From NCBI GenBank assembly GCA_963681965.1, contig OY820579.1:2144001-2208000 (forward strand): a stretch of 64,000 bases of DNA, given 5' to 3'. Of the stretch, positions 39,901-48,968 are shown in pieces; position 1 is the first letter of the stretch; each line of letters begins with the position of its first letter. A program made the position numbers and the translations under genes. Source of the stretch: a bacterium (GTDB taxonomy: Bacteria; Electryoneota; JAOADG01). Below the pieces are notes generated by a model. The model had not been told where the DNA came from. It did not search any database and saw nothing but the letters and a program-made list of their open reading frames with translations.

Positions 39901-40865
39901 GCTAAAGCCGCTCTGCGCCATCGTAATGCCGTGTTCGTTGGAACGTTTAATGCCGCATTCGCTGGTATCGGAGATTCCGGACGACCCAGAGTATAGATGA
40001 CAACTGCCCGGTTATTAGCGAGCAGGTTGTTGGGATTGGTATCGTATGCAATCTGCAATCCAATCGTACCCTGTTCATTTTGGATACCGACCGTCGATGA
40101 AGATAGTTCTCCAACCAATGATCGGTACTGCATTTTGATCAATCCATTGGGTGAAAGGATGACTTGGAAGTCGAAGGTATCCTCTTCCGCGCCCCAGTGG
40201 CTTGACTGGAGCCAACTAACAACAAAGTTCCCCGCAACTTGCTGATAGCGGAGATTGTTCGAAATTAAATCATCCCAAAAGGGGGCGATTAACGCACGGG
40301 GAGCACCACCGAACAAAGAGGTATCGGTATTTGGAAGCACAGTCTCGGACAGATAACCACCACCCGAAACTGGTCGATTGGCAAAAGCTGCGTCGAACGA
40401 TAACCAGCCATTGTCGCTAATCGTGACCTGAGTGTAAGTCTGTCCATAAAAGGGAAAAGTGAAACCGAGATCTACCATCGCACTCGATCCATCATCGCCG
40501 GATGGTCCTAAGTTGCCATTGGAAATATCGATCCAGGAATAGGTCGGTCCACCGGTCTCCCGGTCATCCATCCAGCGATAGCCGGCGCCGTCGGGACCAC
40601 CGAAATCGTCGGTAGCGGACGTACGAGAAATGAATGAGTTCGGGTGACGAGCACGAATTAATTGCTCGATGATCGGATAGGCAAACGCCTTTTTCGATTG
40701 CGAAATCCGTTCTCCCTGCAACATTCGCTCGGCAATTTGTCGGGCGTATTGTTCCTTTGCTGGGGTGGGATAACTGCTAGTTGAAGCCAATGCTGTGGCG
40801 ACTGTGAAGACGCCGAGCACTAAAAAAACAAGTGCAACATAAGTGAATCTATCTGAATTCATCAT
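33954..40865 (-). CDS. Giant T9SS cargo protein (2303 aa): four nidogen-like GGPD.YGY domains, FN3 domains, adhesin-like and carboxypeptidase-regulatory-like domains, type-A CTD
   Basis: Signal peptide, GFTFPFY motifs, FN3 repeats, C-terminal QNYPNPFN...TGVYFYRI...KKMVLVK. Confidence 0.88.
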   Translation of the reverse strand: MMNSDRFTYVALVFLVLGVFTVATALASTSSYPTPAKEQYARQIAERMLQGERISQSKKAFAYPIIEQLIRARHPNSFISRTSATDDFGGPDGAGYRWMDDRETGGPTYSWIDISNGNLGPSGDDGSSAMVDLGFTFPFYGQTYTQVTISDNGWLSFDAAFANRPVSGGGYLSETVLPNTDTSLFGGAPRALIAPFWDDLISNNLRYQQVAGNFVVSWLQSSHWGAEEDTFDFQVILSPNGLIKMQYRSLVGELSSSTVGIQNEQGTIGLQIAYDTNPNNLLANNRAVVIYTLGRPESPIPANAALNVPTNTALRWRRAALATTYDVYFGTVNPPVTLVSSAQTDTFYVPTLAANTTYYWKVIAFNADRTQSSESAIWSFTTGTGSALPAPSNGAVEPSATNPTTSLTVTWQRNSTTETGFPITRSTDGETFTQIGVAPAGSTTYTDNNLIPGSQYWYHIHVQNASATSVNYAEANTWTNPVSASVPSVSLSGQGYYSIFINNLGEDLNGSNTQYKIQELNSTMWVLGDGSLGTDTPRLVGREGWNNYEVVNLSSGVNYLFAVTAVNGNGVAALAGPAASITTNDLNHGGPDAYGYRYITSNAVGGPTHNWIAPSTTAAQVSGWASNDGWATTDDGSAGPYPIGFTFPFYDTTYTQFYCGTNGRIQFGSRDPMSYWESTFPLVNFPAGIYFWNHDMSVESPTIVNYENLTNPNRLVITYSGFHALWPATATVDVQVVLRETGEFYVVYGQINNELIIDAAAIQDRNGTRGIQYAPPIPAANCTYMFYRLGQANDPLPTNLATNVPLNAILSWRPATAAINYDVLFDTENPPVATVSHHQTDTTYTATLSPGTTYYWQVIAYGNTDSTLVNPGPVWSFTTGTGNAPNAPSGGSIDNQSSTSSSLTVQWVDNSTNETGFPITRSVEGGPYEVLTTTAAGTTSYTNQGLNPCTRYGYRIYAQNGGLTSINYTSANGWTLPLSAGMPSLALSGLGFYTIAITGIGIDQNGPSTIYKVRETTTNRWVMPDGTLGTATPRQSSRNGWNNFVISGLTSGATYSFAVTAMNGNGVEASPGMSASITTADINHGGPDAFGYRYITSNAIGGPQYNWITPSAAATTVSGWVTNDGWATTDDGTAGPYPIGFTFHFYDTTYTEFYSGTNGRIQFGRRDPQSYWASEFPLLDFPAGIYFWNHDMSVDPPATITYENLANPTRMLITYSNLHALGSTDQTVNAQIVLYQTGIFDVVYGAINGNLMIDAAAIQDRMGTRGIQYAPPLPAANTTYRFYSLGQASSPIPADLATNVPQNVTLSWIPASAATTYSIKFDSENPPVAEIATAITATSFTVPSNLGANATYYWQVTSANDATTNPGPIWSFTTGTGIAPICPDSLRFETVTNTSAQLQWHDRSTTETGFAIYRSVSDTGFIHIFDVAANVTTASDTNLLPNTRYYYQVASKNGTIISTDRAATNSWTLATDPIVPATSNIGITSVFIEIRNDNIHPNPTYTQYAININNEWLQLNSRLGADTIWRTVEQWGAQASVIGLLANTDYVIRIMARNGNHVVTAFSPSLAFRTQGSFTLPFAQNFDIAQFPPPDWTLVNSDNLVTWDRYVRGTNGSAQMQFMNYWPSTGQLDELWSPPFRADSVSFVRVTFDWFYSSDWWQSFDTLDVYYTIDGGTTRSLVWRRMGNSNDSASNLRVTPGTGGDPGNPPPSAENWGHAEAWLPQTVIGQTSVQIGFISYNRNGPNLFVDNVQITGPSTVSASGLVHRDNDAPIAGATIRIHNQWETTTNAQGRWSITIPSGTYNMIVHKPCMYPLITYANQDFPGPDTVRFDDVLGSPEISVSPTSLECAVVHGDSISQTIILRNQGDYMLEYEASVTYPTDNSTLRLRPIQPLHPIQPDPRHPPVPVMGTREEKANYAHWVHANYPIRTSPEDNEWGRDEFGYIARDNQGSGATYNWEDISQTGAEVLRFPNGTRDDDDGWSNGFPIGFSMPFYGQMFDTLYISANGFITFRPYYDGCPYIGTLPDSFYQIAAYKTDNFHVVGASQYYYQTLTAPNRMVIQFNNVRYFDAQYQNNPAYSKTYQFVIYENGLVKIQYQSLGMMIADSTNRPVAGIDNEGPGGINIYSDSTFVNGLTNYCVEFNVNSLYSYVRIEPVEAQVEEGQLLEVGVTLSVPDTIPDGTILTANIIFSSNACTTITVPVTIIVHDSIMSAKNEVLPIAYKLHQNYPNPFNPSTSIRFDLKKPGMTRLTVYNALGQQVATLINSYLPAGYHSVKFRSDALATGVYFYRIESGSFTALKKMVLVK

Positions 40866-40979
40866 ATACCTCCGACTTTTGAGTAAACACGCGCTAAGTA
40901 AGAATAATCTGGACCCAAATGACGATTGAAGGCGTCGTATTGGGCAAGAAAAAGCCTACTCCAGTTCGTGAGGATGATA

Positions 40980-41090
40980 TAGTGGTTCTTCGAATAAGTT
41001 GTCGACGCTAGTAGGGTGGATTGCATTCCGCCCGGTAGTCAGGCAGCTCCCAAACAGCGTATGGACAAGTTATATAACTCGAGATGCCAT
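40980..41090. mobile_element. MITE-like element copy C (shorter, degenerate) enclosing a REP-like hairpin
   Basis: Left end TAGTGGTTCTTCGAATAAGTTGTCGA matches the TIR of copies A/B. GTAGGGTGGATTGCATTCCGCCC at 41011-41033. Degenerate right end near 41090. Confidence 0.45.
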
Positions 41091-41600
41091 CGCGGAAAAA
41101 AATCCAGTGAAGCACCCACCTGAAATTATAAAACGATCAAGTGGTGAAATCACCTATCATTCTAACGGGTAGCCTTAGATTGATAAAAAATTATCATAAC
41201 TCGCCGATTTCATTTTTGAATGGAAGTGCAAAAGCTACTAACCAGCGATTCTTATCAAAAAGTATCGAATATCAGCTCATTCAACAACGATGAAAAGCTT
41301 GTTTTTCGAACGCAGATCGATCAGGAAGAAAGTAGTATGTTCATTTCTGTGAATGGTAATTCCGATTATAACGCGTAATCACCAAAATATACTTAATAAT
41401 TATAATAAATACAATATAATATAAATGCTGATTCTGACGCTGATAGTGCGAGCATTGCAATGGGTCACATCTCTTAGAGATCAAAACTATATGAAAAAAC
41501 AAGTATTAACTGATCGACTCACATTCACAAAAAAACCGAAACATCTGAAATGATCAGTGATAAGTCGTCAATCCGATTTTTTGAATTACTCTTACGATCG

Positions 41601-42863
41601 TTACAACATCCGCCACAACATTTCGAATGCTTTGTTCACGGTGCGGATCCGGTGTACATGCCGCGGTCCGGGAAAAACAAATTTCTGTGCCGTGATCGCG
41701 AAGCGGTCCCCTTCCTCATACCGCTCGCGCATACAGACACCAATCCAGACTGTTCCGACTGGCTTTTCAGGCGTTCCTCCGTCTGGTCCGGCAATCCCGG
41801 TCACTGCAATCGAGTAATCTGCATTCAACCGGTGACACGCTCCTTCCGCCATCGCCTCGACGGTTTCTTGCGATACCGCACCGAATTCCTGCAAAATTTC
41901 ACTCGGTACATCGAGCATGGCGATCTTAGCATCGTTGTGATACGATACTACCCCGCCGCGATACACTGTGCTGATGCCCGGTACATCGGTGAGTTGCGCG
42001 GCAATCGCGCCGCCGGTACAGCTTTCGGCTGTTGCTAACCATGCTTGACGATGGTGTAGTTCAGACTTAATCAGATCGATCAGCGATTCATTCCCGATCG
42101 CATAGCGAATTGATTGTGTTGCTTTCAGCAAAATCGGGAGTGCCGCATCAATATTCGACTCGGCGGCTTCTTTCGATTCAGCACGCGCGGTCAAGCGGAG
42201 ATCCACCATCCCATGTTTCGGGAGAAATGCAAGTCCGCAGCCTGTCTGCTCGATCTTTTCCAACCCCTCCACACCAATCTTTTCTTGAATTTGCGATTCA
42301 CCCCAGCCAATGGTGCGGATGAATTTAAACGCGATCACTTGTGTCTGAGGAATTGCAGCTAACTTCGGAATAATGGTTTTATCCATCATGATCATCGCTT
42401 CCGATGGCACGCCAGGTAGCACAAAAAGGAATTTTCCATCGCGTTCGATTTCGATCCCGGTGGCGGTACCGATCGGATTGTCGATTCGGGTTGCACCGGT
42501 GGGGAAGAGTGCCTGATTGCGTGCAAAATCGGGGAGTGGGCGGTTCAGGCGAGCATATTTCGCAGTGACGTCTGCCAGCATGTCGTCGTGATGTTCGATC
42601 GGCATTTTAAAATAATCGGCGACCACTTTCTGGGTAAAATCGTCCGGGGTCGGTCCTAAACCACCGGTGGTGATGACGATATCGACCCGGGAGAATGCCC
42701 GATCCAACGCATCGGTCATGGCGGCAGCATCGTCGCCGACTGTTGTCAGGTGGCGCGGTTCGATCCCGATGCTCATCAATTTTGCCGCGATTTCCGTCGC
42801 ATTCGAGTTCAGGGTTTGACCGTAGAGTAATTCGTCGCCGATTCCGATGATTTCCGCTGTCAT
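41601..42863 (-). CDS. cinA: Competence/damage-inducible protein CinA (MoCF-biosynth domain plus NMN deamidase PncC domain)
   Basis: AEIIGIGDELL, TGGLGPTPDD, LPGVPSE, ATAESCTGG and TGIAGPDGG motifs. Confidence 0.93.
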   Translation of the reverse strand: MTAEIIGIGDELLYGQTLNSNATEIAAKLMSIGIEPRHLTTVGDDAAAMTDALDRAFSRVDIVITTGGLGPTPDDFTQKVVADYFKMPIEHHDDMLADVTAKYARLNRPLPDFARNQALFPTGATRIDNPIGTATGIEIERDGKFLFVLPGVPSEAMIMMDKTIIPKLAAIPQTQVIAFKFIRTIGWGESQIQEKIGVEGLEKIEQTGCGLAFLPKHGMVDLRLTARAESKEAAESNIDAALPILLKATQSIRYAIGNESLIDLIKSELHHRQAWLATAESCTGGAIAAQLTDVPGISTVYRGGVVSYHNDAKIAMLDVPSEILQEFGAVSQETVEAMAEGACHRLNADYSIAVTGIAGPDGGTPEKPVGTVWIGVCMRERYEEGDRFAITAQKFVFPGPRHVHRIRTVNKAFEMLWRML

Positions 42864-43007
42864 GCTTTCACTCCGAGTTAATTGCAAAAAGATAAGACGG
42901 GTTGCCAGCATTCGACAACCCGTGTGGTACAAAGGTTAATTTAACCGCTTAATCGTACATATGGTCGCAATCGTCCGAGATGGTTGTTGGTTGATTAATA
43001 CTATAAA

Positions 43008-45077
43008 CTACTTGATTAAAATGATTTTTTGTGTCAGATATCGGTCACCTTGCGATAACCGCACAAAGTACATCCCCGAAGCCAACGTTTTGCTGTCAAT
43101 TTGACACTGATAGGATCCCGCTTGCCGATAGCCGCGATACAACGATTGGACTTCCCGACCGTTGGGATCGTATAGCGTCAATTCGATCTTTCCGGATTGG
43201 GGCAATGAATACTGGATCTTTGTCGTGCTGTTGAACGGGTTCGGGTAGTTCTGATGCAAGGAAAGATCTTGCGGTAATTCGTTATTGGAATTTGGATCAA
43301 CATCATTTTCGGATTGTTCGGAAATGAACAGTCCCTGATCGGTAACGGCAAAAATGTATGGATTCTGATACTGAAAGAACTTATTGACGTGACCCGGTTC
43401 GACACCTGGAATTGGAATTGACCGAAAAGTATCGCCACAATCATCTGACCGGAACACACCATCGTTGGCATCGACTACGACCGAATTGATCCTGGTGATC
43501 ATCACCTTATAGCAGTTCATATTAAGATTGGTCGCTTCCCAAGTTTGACCTTCATTGCGCGACCGATACAGATTACCACCGCCGAAACCTTGTTTTGCTG
43601 CATAAAGGTAACCGTTATCTCTCACATCAAGTCCGTAGACCCAAGACATTGAGCGTTGAATTGCCCAATGCGCGGAATCGGCGGGGAGTCGACAGAGATA
43701 ATCGTTCGTGCCGACTAACACTGTCCCGTCGCTAGTAGCGGCAATCGAAGCGGGAGTGCTGGTATTATCCGGGAAATACGGGGTATCATGCCAGCTAATC
43801 CCATCGTCGGTGGAATAAATTGGACTCTCCGATGTCCGAAGATAATAAATTTCACCGGTTGGACTGACATACGATCGATAGCCAGTTCCTCCCTGATCGT
43901 CATAATGCCAAATGGAATCTCCCGCCGGTAGCCGGTGTCTGCCGGCAAGGAGGGTCCCGGCATGGGTCAAGGCTAACGGATGATCGACAAAATCCAAAGC
44001 TTCCCATGTATTACCTAAATTTCGACTGAAGAACAAGTGATTGGAATACGACAGCGCGAGAACCTGATCGTTGATATCAACCACGACATCGAAAACACCA
44101 ACTTTGGGAAATCCATTATTGAGTAATACTGGCGCGCTGGAACGATCCCATAACGTAGCACCGTAATGCGCGCCAAACAGGAACGAGCTATTGGATAGTC
44201 GAACCATACACACCGGTGAAGTAACGTGCACGATACGATCCCAGCTAACAGTGGTTGTATTTAATCGATAAAGCCCTTCATCAGTCGTGGCATACAAGAC
44301 GCTATCGCCATCCCAGTAAAAACTCGTTGCGTGTGACGGAATGCGGTTGTAGAATCGCCATGTCGTATCGGATTGAGTAATGTAAAAGATTGAATCCAAG
44401 CTACTGCTTTGGAGCATAGTTGTATCGTTTAACAATGTCACAACCGAACCGTCCCTGCTGCTAGAGTAACGTCGCCAAGTCATTCCAAAATCTAGCGTCA
44501 AATAATAGCCCGAGAGCCATTCTTCATCGTAAGCCAATGCGATCAAACGCCCCCGGTTACAGTTAACAACAGAGCAATAGATCCAAGGTTCGAATGGCTG
44601 ACTGATCGTTACCCAATTCAGTCCCGCATCGGTAGATCTACAGACAGGATTTCCGACAATAACTAGTGTATCGCCATATTGCTGGAGTTCACCACCATTC
44701 ACAATCTGCGAAGAACCAGCGGTATCCCAACTAGCCCCATCATCGGTACTGCGATGCAGTATTGTGGAATATCCCGAACCAATCGATGAAGTCAATAACA
44801 CCGTTCCATTCGGTAACACCACCGGTCTGGTTATCGGAATTAAATTTCCGAATTGGAACGAATCCCATTGTGCGGTAGTCCGGTTCCAATGAAACAATTG
44901 AGTGTAATTTTTACACCAGGCACTGCTGTCTGGAGTAGCCACTATTCCCGAGATATCCGTGACACGCAACGAATTCACGGGAAGCCAGTACGAAAATGCA
45001 AAGCTGGATGCAAGTAATACTAGTAGAATGGAAATCAGGCTGGAAAAGCGTTTCGACAGTTTGAGTACTCGGTTCAT
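43008..45077 (-). CDS. BNR/Asp-box beta-propeller protein with T9SS type-A CTD
   Basis: STDDGASW-type repeats, signal peptide, QNYPNPFN...SGMYFVRL...QKIILIK. Confidence 0.85.
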   Translation of the reverse strand: MNRVLKLSKRFSSLISILLVLLASSFAFSYWLPVNSLRVTDISGIVATPDSSAWCKNYTQLFHWNRTTAQWDSFQFGNLIPITRPVVLPNGTVLLTSSIGSGYSTILHRSTDDGASWDTAGSSQIVNGGELQQYGDTLVIVGNPVCRSTDAGLNWVTISQPFEPWIYCSVVNCNRGRLIALAYDEEWLSGYYLTLDFGMTWRRYSSSRDGSVVTLLNDTTMLQSSSLDSIFYITQSDTTWRFYNRIPSHATSFYWDGDSVLYATTDEGLYRLNTTTVSWDRIVHVTSPVCMVRLSNSSFLFGAHYGATLWDRSSAPVLLNNGFPKVGVFDVVVDINDQVLALSYSNHLFFSRNLGNTWEALDFVDHPLALTHAGTLLAGRHRLPAGDSIWHYDDQGGTGYRSYVSPTGEIYYLRTSESPIYSTDDGISWHDTPYFPDNTSTPASIAATSDGTVLVGTNDYLCRLPADSAHWAIQRSMSWVYGLDVRDNGYLYAAKQGFGGGNLYRSRNEGQTWEATNLNMNCYKVMITRINSVVVDANDGVFRSDDCGDTFRSIPIPGVEPGHVNKFFQYQNPYIFAVTDQGLFISEQSENDVDPNSNNELPQDLSLHQNYPNPFNSTTKIQYSLPQSGKIELTLYDPNGREVQSLYRGYRQAGSYQCQIDSKTLASGMYFVRLSQGDRYLTQKIILIK

Positions 45078-45339
45078 AGCATACCTCTCCGTTAGCTGTC
45101 AGGCAGAAACTAATGATCTAACTAGTAATCAACAATTGGGTAAAGGGTGTGAATTGAGGTTAGTAAAAAAGTACTGTATGAAATATGAAGAAGCAATTGA
45201 TTTGAGTCGAAAGGTAAAAATTTTGACAATCCTTCCGAAAGTCACAGAATAGTGAACGAACCGATAAATAAATTGTCTTTACGAAGCTCCGCAGGGGCTG
45301 ATGCCATAAGCCCTAATATTGTATCATGTGTTCTGATTT

Positions 45340-45530
45340 TGTCTTTGCGAGGAAAACCTTGCGGCAGCGAAGCGGCAAGGTTTAGCGAACACCGATGAAT
45401 CTTGTAAAATGTCTGGTTCGCAACATTCGATGCCCGCATCCTTGTGCGGGCAAAGTGACGAAGCAACCCCGAATGGCACACCGAAGGTAAACTCCTCCTT
45501 TTTTTCCGTAGGGGCGAATCGCATTCGCCC
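45340..45530. repeat. Intergenic palindromic repeat cluster (TGTC..TGCGA-type repeat plus GTAG REP)
   Basis: TGTCTTTGCGAGG...GACGAAGCAACCCC and GTAGGGGCGAATCGCATTCGCCC (45508-45530). Confidence 0.5.
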
Positions 45531-45668
45531 GATGCGTCAAGCAACGCTAGACGCCGTGTAAACAATCTTAGAAATTCCATTCGTGTAAATAATTTACAAT
45601 AGAGGTAAATGAGATTGCCTTCGGCGAGCACTTTGTGGTATACCGTGCTCAGTATTTCGCACTAATCA

Positions 45669-47000
45669 CTAAATCAGTTGTTTAAGGAACCACATCAATT
45701 CATGATGTCCCAATTCATGTTCGAACCACGTAAACAAGTAGAGGCAGATGATCGCTCCAATAGCTTCCCATACCGGCCAAGTGCAAGTCCAACGCTGTTT
45801 CCAAGTGAATTTCCAAAATTGCTTCCAATACCCTTGGGGTTGTTCGGTTGCTGATTTTTTCTCGCGCATCGCTTTCCAGAAATTGTGCGGATAATCGAGG
45901 AATGGCGCTATATCACCATGGAGCGTGGTAATGGCAGCTTTGCGGCTTTGATAACCGATAATTGCCGATGCTCCACAAAGCAGATTCAGTCCCAATAAGC
46001 CCCATTCATTTAACCAACTGGAAGAAAATCCGTTGATGAAAAGCAATGAAATCGGTGCTACCCACCACACAACAAAAGAAATTACCCCATATTGCAGCTT
46101 ATACCACTGCGGCAATTCATCTTTCAGGAAAGTGCGATGTTTCAACAGGAAGAGATTGACAAACCACGGTTGAATTCGCTTTTCGCAGGAGAGACCGTCG
46201 GGAAATTTCGAGGGAAGGTGATCGAGCAATTCCCAATGACGCTGCAAATTCATTTGAACATGGAAGTACCAGTAGAACAGAAAGAGGAAGCCGGAAATCG
46301 CAACCCATTCGAGTGGGAACTTTAAGCCAATCGCTTGAACGTTTAAATTCTGTTTTGTTACCAATGCTAATGGAATAGCGGCGCTGAAGACCAGTAATTG
46401 CCATAGAAGACGACGATTCGATTTAGTGCTCTCGTTGATCGTTCCCAGCATTTCGAATTTCGCGATGCCTTCGGGAAGTCGAGCGCCGGTTAGATTGCAA
46501 TCAGCGAATAATGAATCGAATAATCCTTCTGTTTTGATAATTTGGATAGATTCATAATTTTTTGTTGTTACTTTGGACTGATAGTGAGTAAAATCTGTGA
46601 AACTAAAATTGCATGATCTAATCTTCGCATTTGTAAATCGGGATCCTCGAAATTTAGTGTTGACTGCAATAACATGTTCGAGAACTGAACCAGCTAAGTC
46701 CGTGTTTTCGATAATACAATTATCCATTTCTGAATAACTCAAATCTGTACAAAATAGAGTTGCATGTATTAAACTTGTATTGCTTAATAACGCTCCTTTT
46801 AGTAACCAGTATGATAGATCTTCATCACCCCAATTTTGTTGAATATTGAACATTATTAATCGTCTTTTATCATATGCGTATTTCGAACGATCGGTGATCC
46901 AGTCATTTAGACAATGTTTTATCCATTCTTGATGTAATTGATATAACTTAGTAATATCAACTTTGTTCTCTTTGGATGAATAATTAGAGTGATTTTCCAT
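45669..47000 (-). CDS. Pentapeptide-repeat protein with C-terminal transmembrane helices
   Basis: ALLSNTSLIHATLFCTDLSYS, TDLAGS and ADCNLTGARL repeats, plus several hydrophobic segments. Confidence 0.75.
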   Translation of the reverse strand: MENHSNYSSKENKVDITKLYQLHQEWIKHCLNDWITDRSKYAYDKRRLIMFNIQQNWGDEDLSYWLLKGALLSNTSLIHATLFCTDLSYSEMDNCIIENTDLAGSVLEHVIAVNTKFRGSRFTNAKIRSCNFSFTDFTHYQSKVTTKNYESIQIIKTEGLFDSLFADCNLTGARLPEGIAKFEMLGTINESTKSNRRLLWQLLVFSAAIPLALVTKQNLNVQAIGLKFPLEWVAISGFLFLFYWYFHVQMNLQRHWELLDHLPSKFPDGLSCEKRIQPWFVNLFLLKHRTFLKDELPQWYKLQYGVISFVVWWVAPISLLFINGFSSSWLNEWGLLGLNLLCGASAIIGYQSRKAAITTLHGDIAPFLDYPHNFWKAMREKKSATEQPQGYWKQFWKFTWKQRWTCTWPVWEAIGAIICLYLFTWFEHELGHHELMWFLKQLI

Positions 47001-47092
47001 CTTATGATTTCCATCCGAATGATGATTATTAGTTTTGTTGAATTATTATAATCGTAAGAATAATCGAATGCAATGAAATGACTTTTCACTCT

Positions 47093-47122
47093 AAAAAAAA
47101 TCCGCCCCATTCGGAGCGGATT
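47093..47122 (-). terminator. Terminator after the DUF1385 gene
   Basis: A8 tract then AATCCGCCCC-ATTC-GGAGCGGATT. Confidence 0.6.
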
Positions 47123-47152
47123 CTACTTCATCTTCACTCAAATCTATTTTTT

Positions 47153-48286
47153 TTACGCTGCCGCCTGATAATGCTCGACATTCACCACGGTATCATTCTC
47201 TTCGATCACCCCGGTGATCGCGGCGCGGAGGCTCGTCGCACTCACTTCGAGCATCGCCAGTTCCGGTTCGCGCGTCGTAATCCGTTGCATCCAAAGACCG
47301 GGTTGAATCAGCAGCGCGACAATCCCGATTCGTTTGTTGCGATCGCTCCACTTCAACACTTCGTAGCCAAGACCCGCTACCAGCGGAACAAACGGAAGGT
47401 GTGCCAGCACACGATACAGCGCCTTGTCGAAAGTGATACCAAACGCCTGTAACGTCGCATCGAAAAAGCTGAAGAAAATCATTGTGACGACGACGAGCAC
47501 TAGTAGATAGCTAGTTCCGCAACGTGGGTGAAAACGAGTATGTGGCACCATCCGCGCCGGTTCCACCGGATCGCCTGCCTCATAGGTCGCAATCGCCTTG
47601 TGTTCCGCGCCGTGATACGCATACACCTTGCGGATATCCTTCATGATCGCGATCCCGGCAGTGTAGCCGACCAGTACGATGATGCGGAAACTATTCGCTA
47701 CGATGTGATAGAGGAATTGATTCCCGTCGGCACCGATCGTCCATTTCGCAATCGAGTACGGTAACCAGAGAAAAATCCCGAGTCCGGCGGCAAGACCGAT
47801 GGGGAGGACGATCCAGCCGAGCGCCTTGTCCCAGAAATTCTGTTTTTCGCTTTCCTGTTCCATTCCGGTCGCAATCTTCGCCGACCAGTCCAGCGTTTCC
47901 AATCCGAGTTTGAGCGATTCGTACATCATCCCGACGCCGCGAAACACCGGCTTTTTCCAGATCGGATAGCGATCTTTCAAATTCGGAGTCGGTTGCATTC
48001 GGCAAACGATTTTGCCATCGGGTGCGCGCACCGCCGTAGCGACGTGTTCTTTCGCGCGCATCATCACCCCTTCGATCACGGCTTGTCCGCCGACCGCATT
48101 CGATTTGCGGACACCTAGCCCGTCACCTTGATCGGGTGCGACCGGAATCGACAATCCCGCCGGAGTGATTTCCGGTTCTTCTTCTGCCGCAGCCAGTGCG
48201 ACCGAAGGCGCAAAGACAAGCATGCGCGACAAATAGCTTGCCGCGCGCCGTAAAAATGTCGGACGATGTCGAAGCTTACTTGGCAA
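47153..48286 (-). CDS. DUF1385 family membrane protein (YqhQ-like)
   Basis: [27 protein letters not shown] and QRITTREP motifs, directly downstream of rpmE. Start codon uncertain. Confidence 0.9.
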   Translation of the reverse strand: MPSKLRHRPTFLRRAASYLSRMLVFAPSVALAAAEEEPEITPAGLSIPVAPDQGDGLGVRKSNAVGGQAVIEGVMMRAKEHVATAVRAPDGKIVCRMQPTPNLKDRYPIWKKPVFRGVGMMYESLKLGLETLDWSAKIATGMEQESEKQNFWDKALGWIVLPIGLAAGLGIFLWLPYSIAKWTIGADGNQFLYHIVANSFRIIVLVGYTAGIAIMKDIRKVYAYHGAEHKAIATYEAGDPVEPARMVPHTRFHPRCGTSYLLVLVVVTMIFFSFFDATLQAFGITFDKALYRVLAHLPFVPLVAGLGYEVLKWSDRNKRIGIVALLIQPGLWMQRITTREPELAMLEVSATSLRAAITGVIEENDTVVNVEHYQAAA

Positions 48287-48488
48287 CTCTGCCGTACTTC
48301 TTCAGGAACTTATCGACACGACCTGCCGAGTCGACCAGCTTGTTCTGACCGGTATAGAACGGATGGCAGACGCTGCAGATATCGACCTTGAGTTCGCCTT
48401 TGGTCGTCGTGCTGCGGGTTTCGAATTCATTGCCGCATGCGCAGTGTACTTTCACCATCATGTAATTGGGATGAACTGGGGCTTTCAT
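48276..48488 (-). CDS. rpmE: 50S ribosomal protein L31 (Zn-binding type)
   Basis: MKAPVHPNY...CACGNEF...[12 protein letters not shown]...GRVDKF. Confidence 0.97.
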   Translation of the reverse strand: MKAPVHPNYMMVKVHCACGNEFETRSTTTKGELKVDICSVCHPFYTGQNKLVDSAGRVDKFLKKYGRVAK

Positions 48489-48551
48489 TGTTTCCTCTTT
48501 TCCTACAACAATAGGTCGCTCCTCGTTCGAGGGGCAAATTCGCAAAAGTGA

Positions 48552-48581
48552 AATGTAGGGAATCTCTTATCCCCGATGCAA
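48552..48581 (-). promoter_or_regulatory. Putative rpmE promoter
   Basis: Minus strand TTGCAT-18 nt-TACATT. Confidence 0.45.
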
Positions 48582-48608
48582 ATTGCGACTGCTGCCGGAC
48601 GATTCGCG

Positions 48609-48935
48609 TTACTTCCCGGATTGCAGCACTTCGACGTTTGGTGCAATGTGGAACGTATCAAGCGGTACGAACTTTTTCCCGCCGATCATGGTACTCTGGG
48701 AGGAATTCGCTTGAATCGGGGATTTTGCAGGGCGCTGATAATAAAAGACGAAGTAAATTACCAGCATGCAAAATATGCCGATCATGGAAAACAGCAACGA
48801 CCGTTGCATCGTTCGCCGCGCACGACGCTGCCGTTTCGATGCACGCGATGCCATCCGGTCGCGGGCAAACTCGAGATATTCCTCTTCCTCCGGCGTCGGG
48901 GGGCGGGGAGTGAACCGTTCGTCTTCGATACCCAT
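48609..48935 (-). CDS. Small single-pass membrane protein, hypothetical
   Basis: Acidic then basic N-terminus followed by one TM helix (LLFSMIGIFCMLVIYFVFYY). Confidence 0.6.
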   Translation of the reverse strand: MGIEDERFTPRPPTPEEEEYLEFARDRMASRASKRQRRARRTMQRSLLFSMIGIFCMLVIYFVFYYQRPAKSPIQANSSQSTMIGGKKFVPLDTFHIAPNVEVLQSGK

Positions 48936-48968
48936 ATCCAAATATAGTAATTTTCCTTCATTTTTTTA

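Noticed and set aside
45242-45631. 129-aa ORF upstream of the beta-propeller gene
   Set aside because: It runs through REP-like palindromic repeats and has no coding hallmarks.
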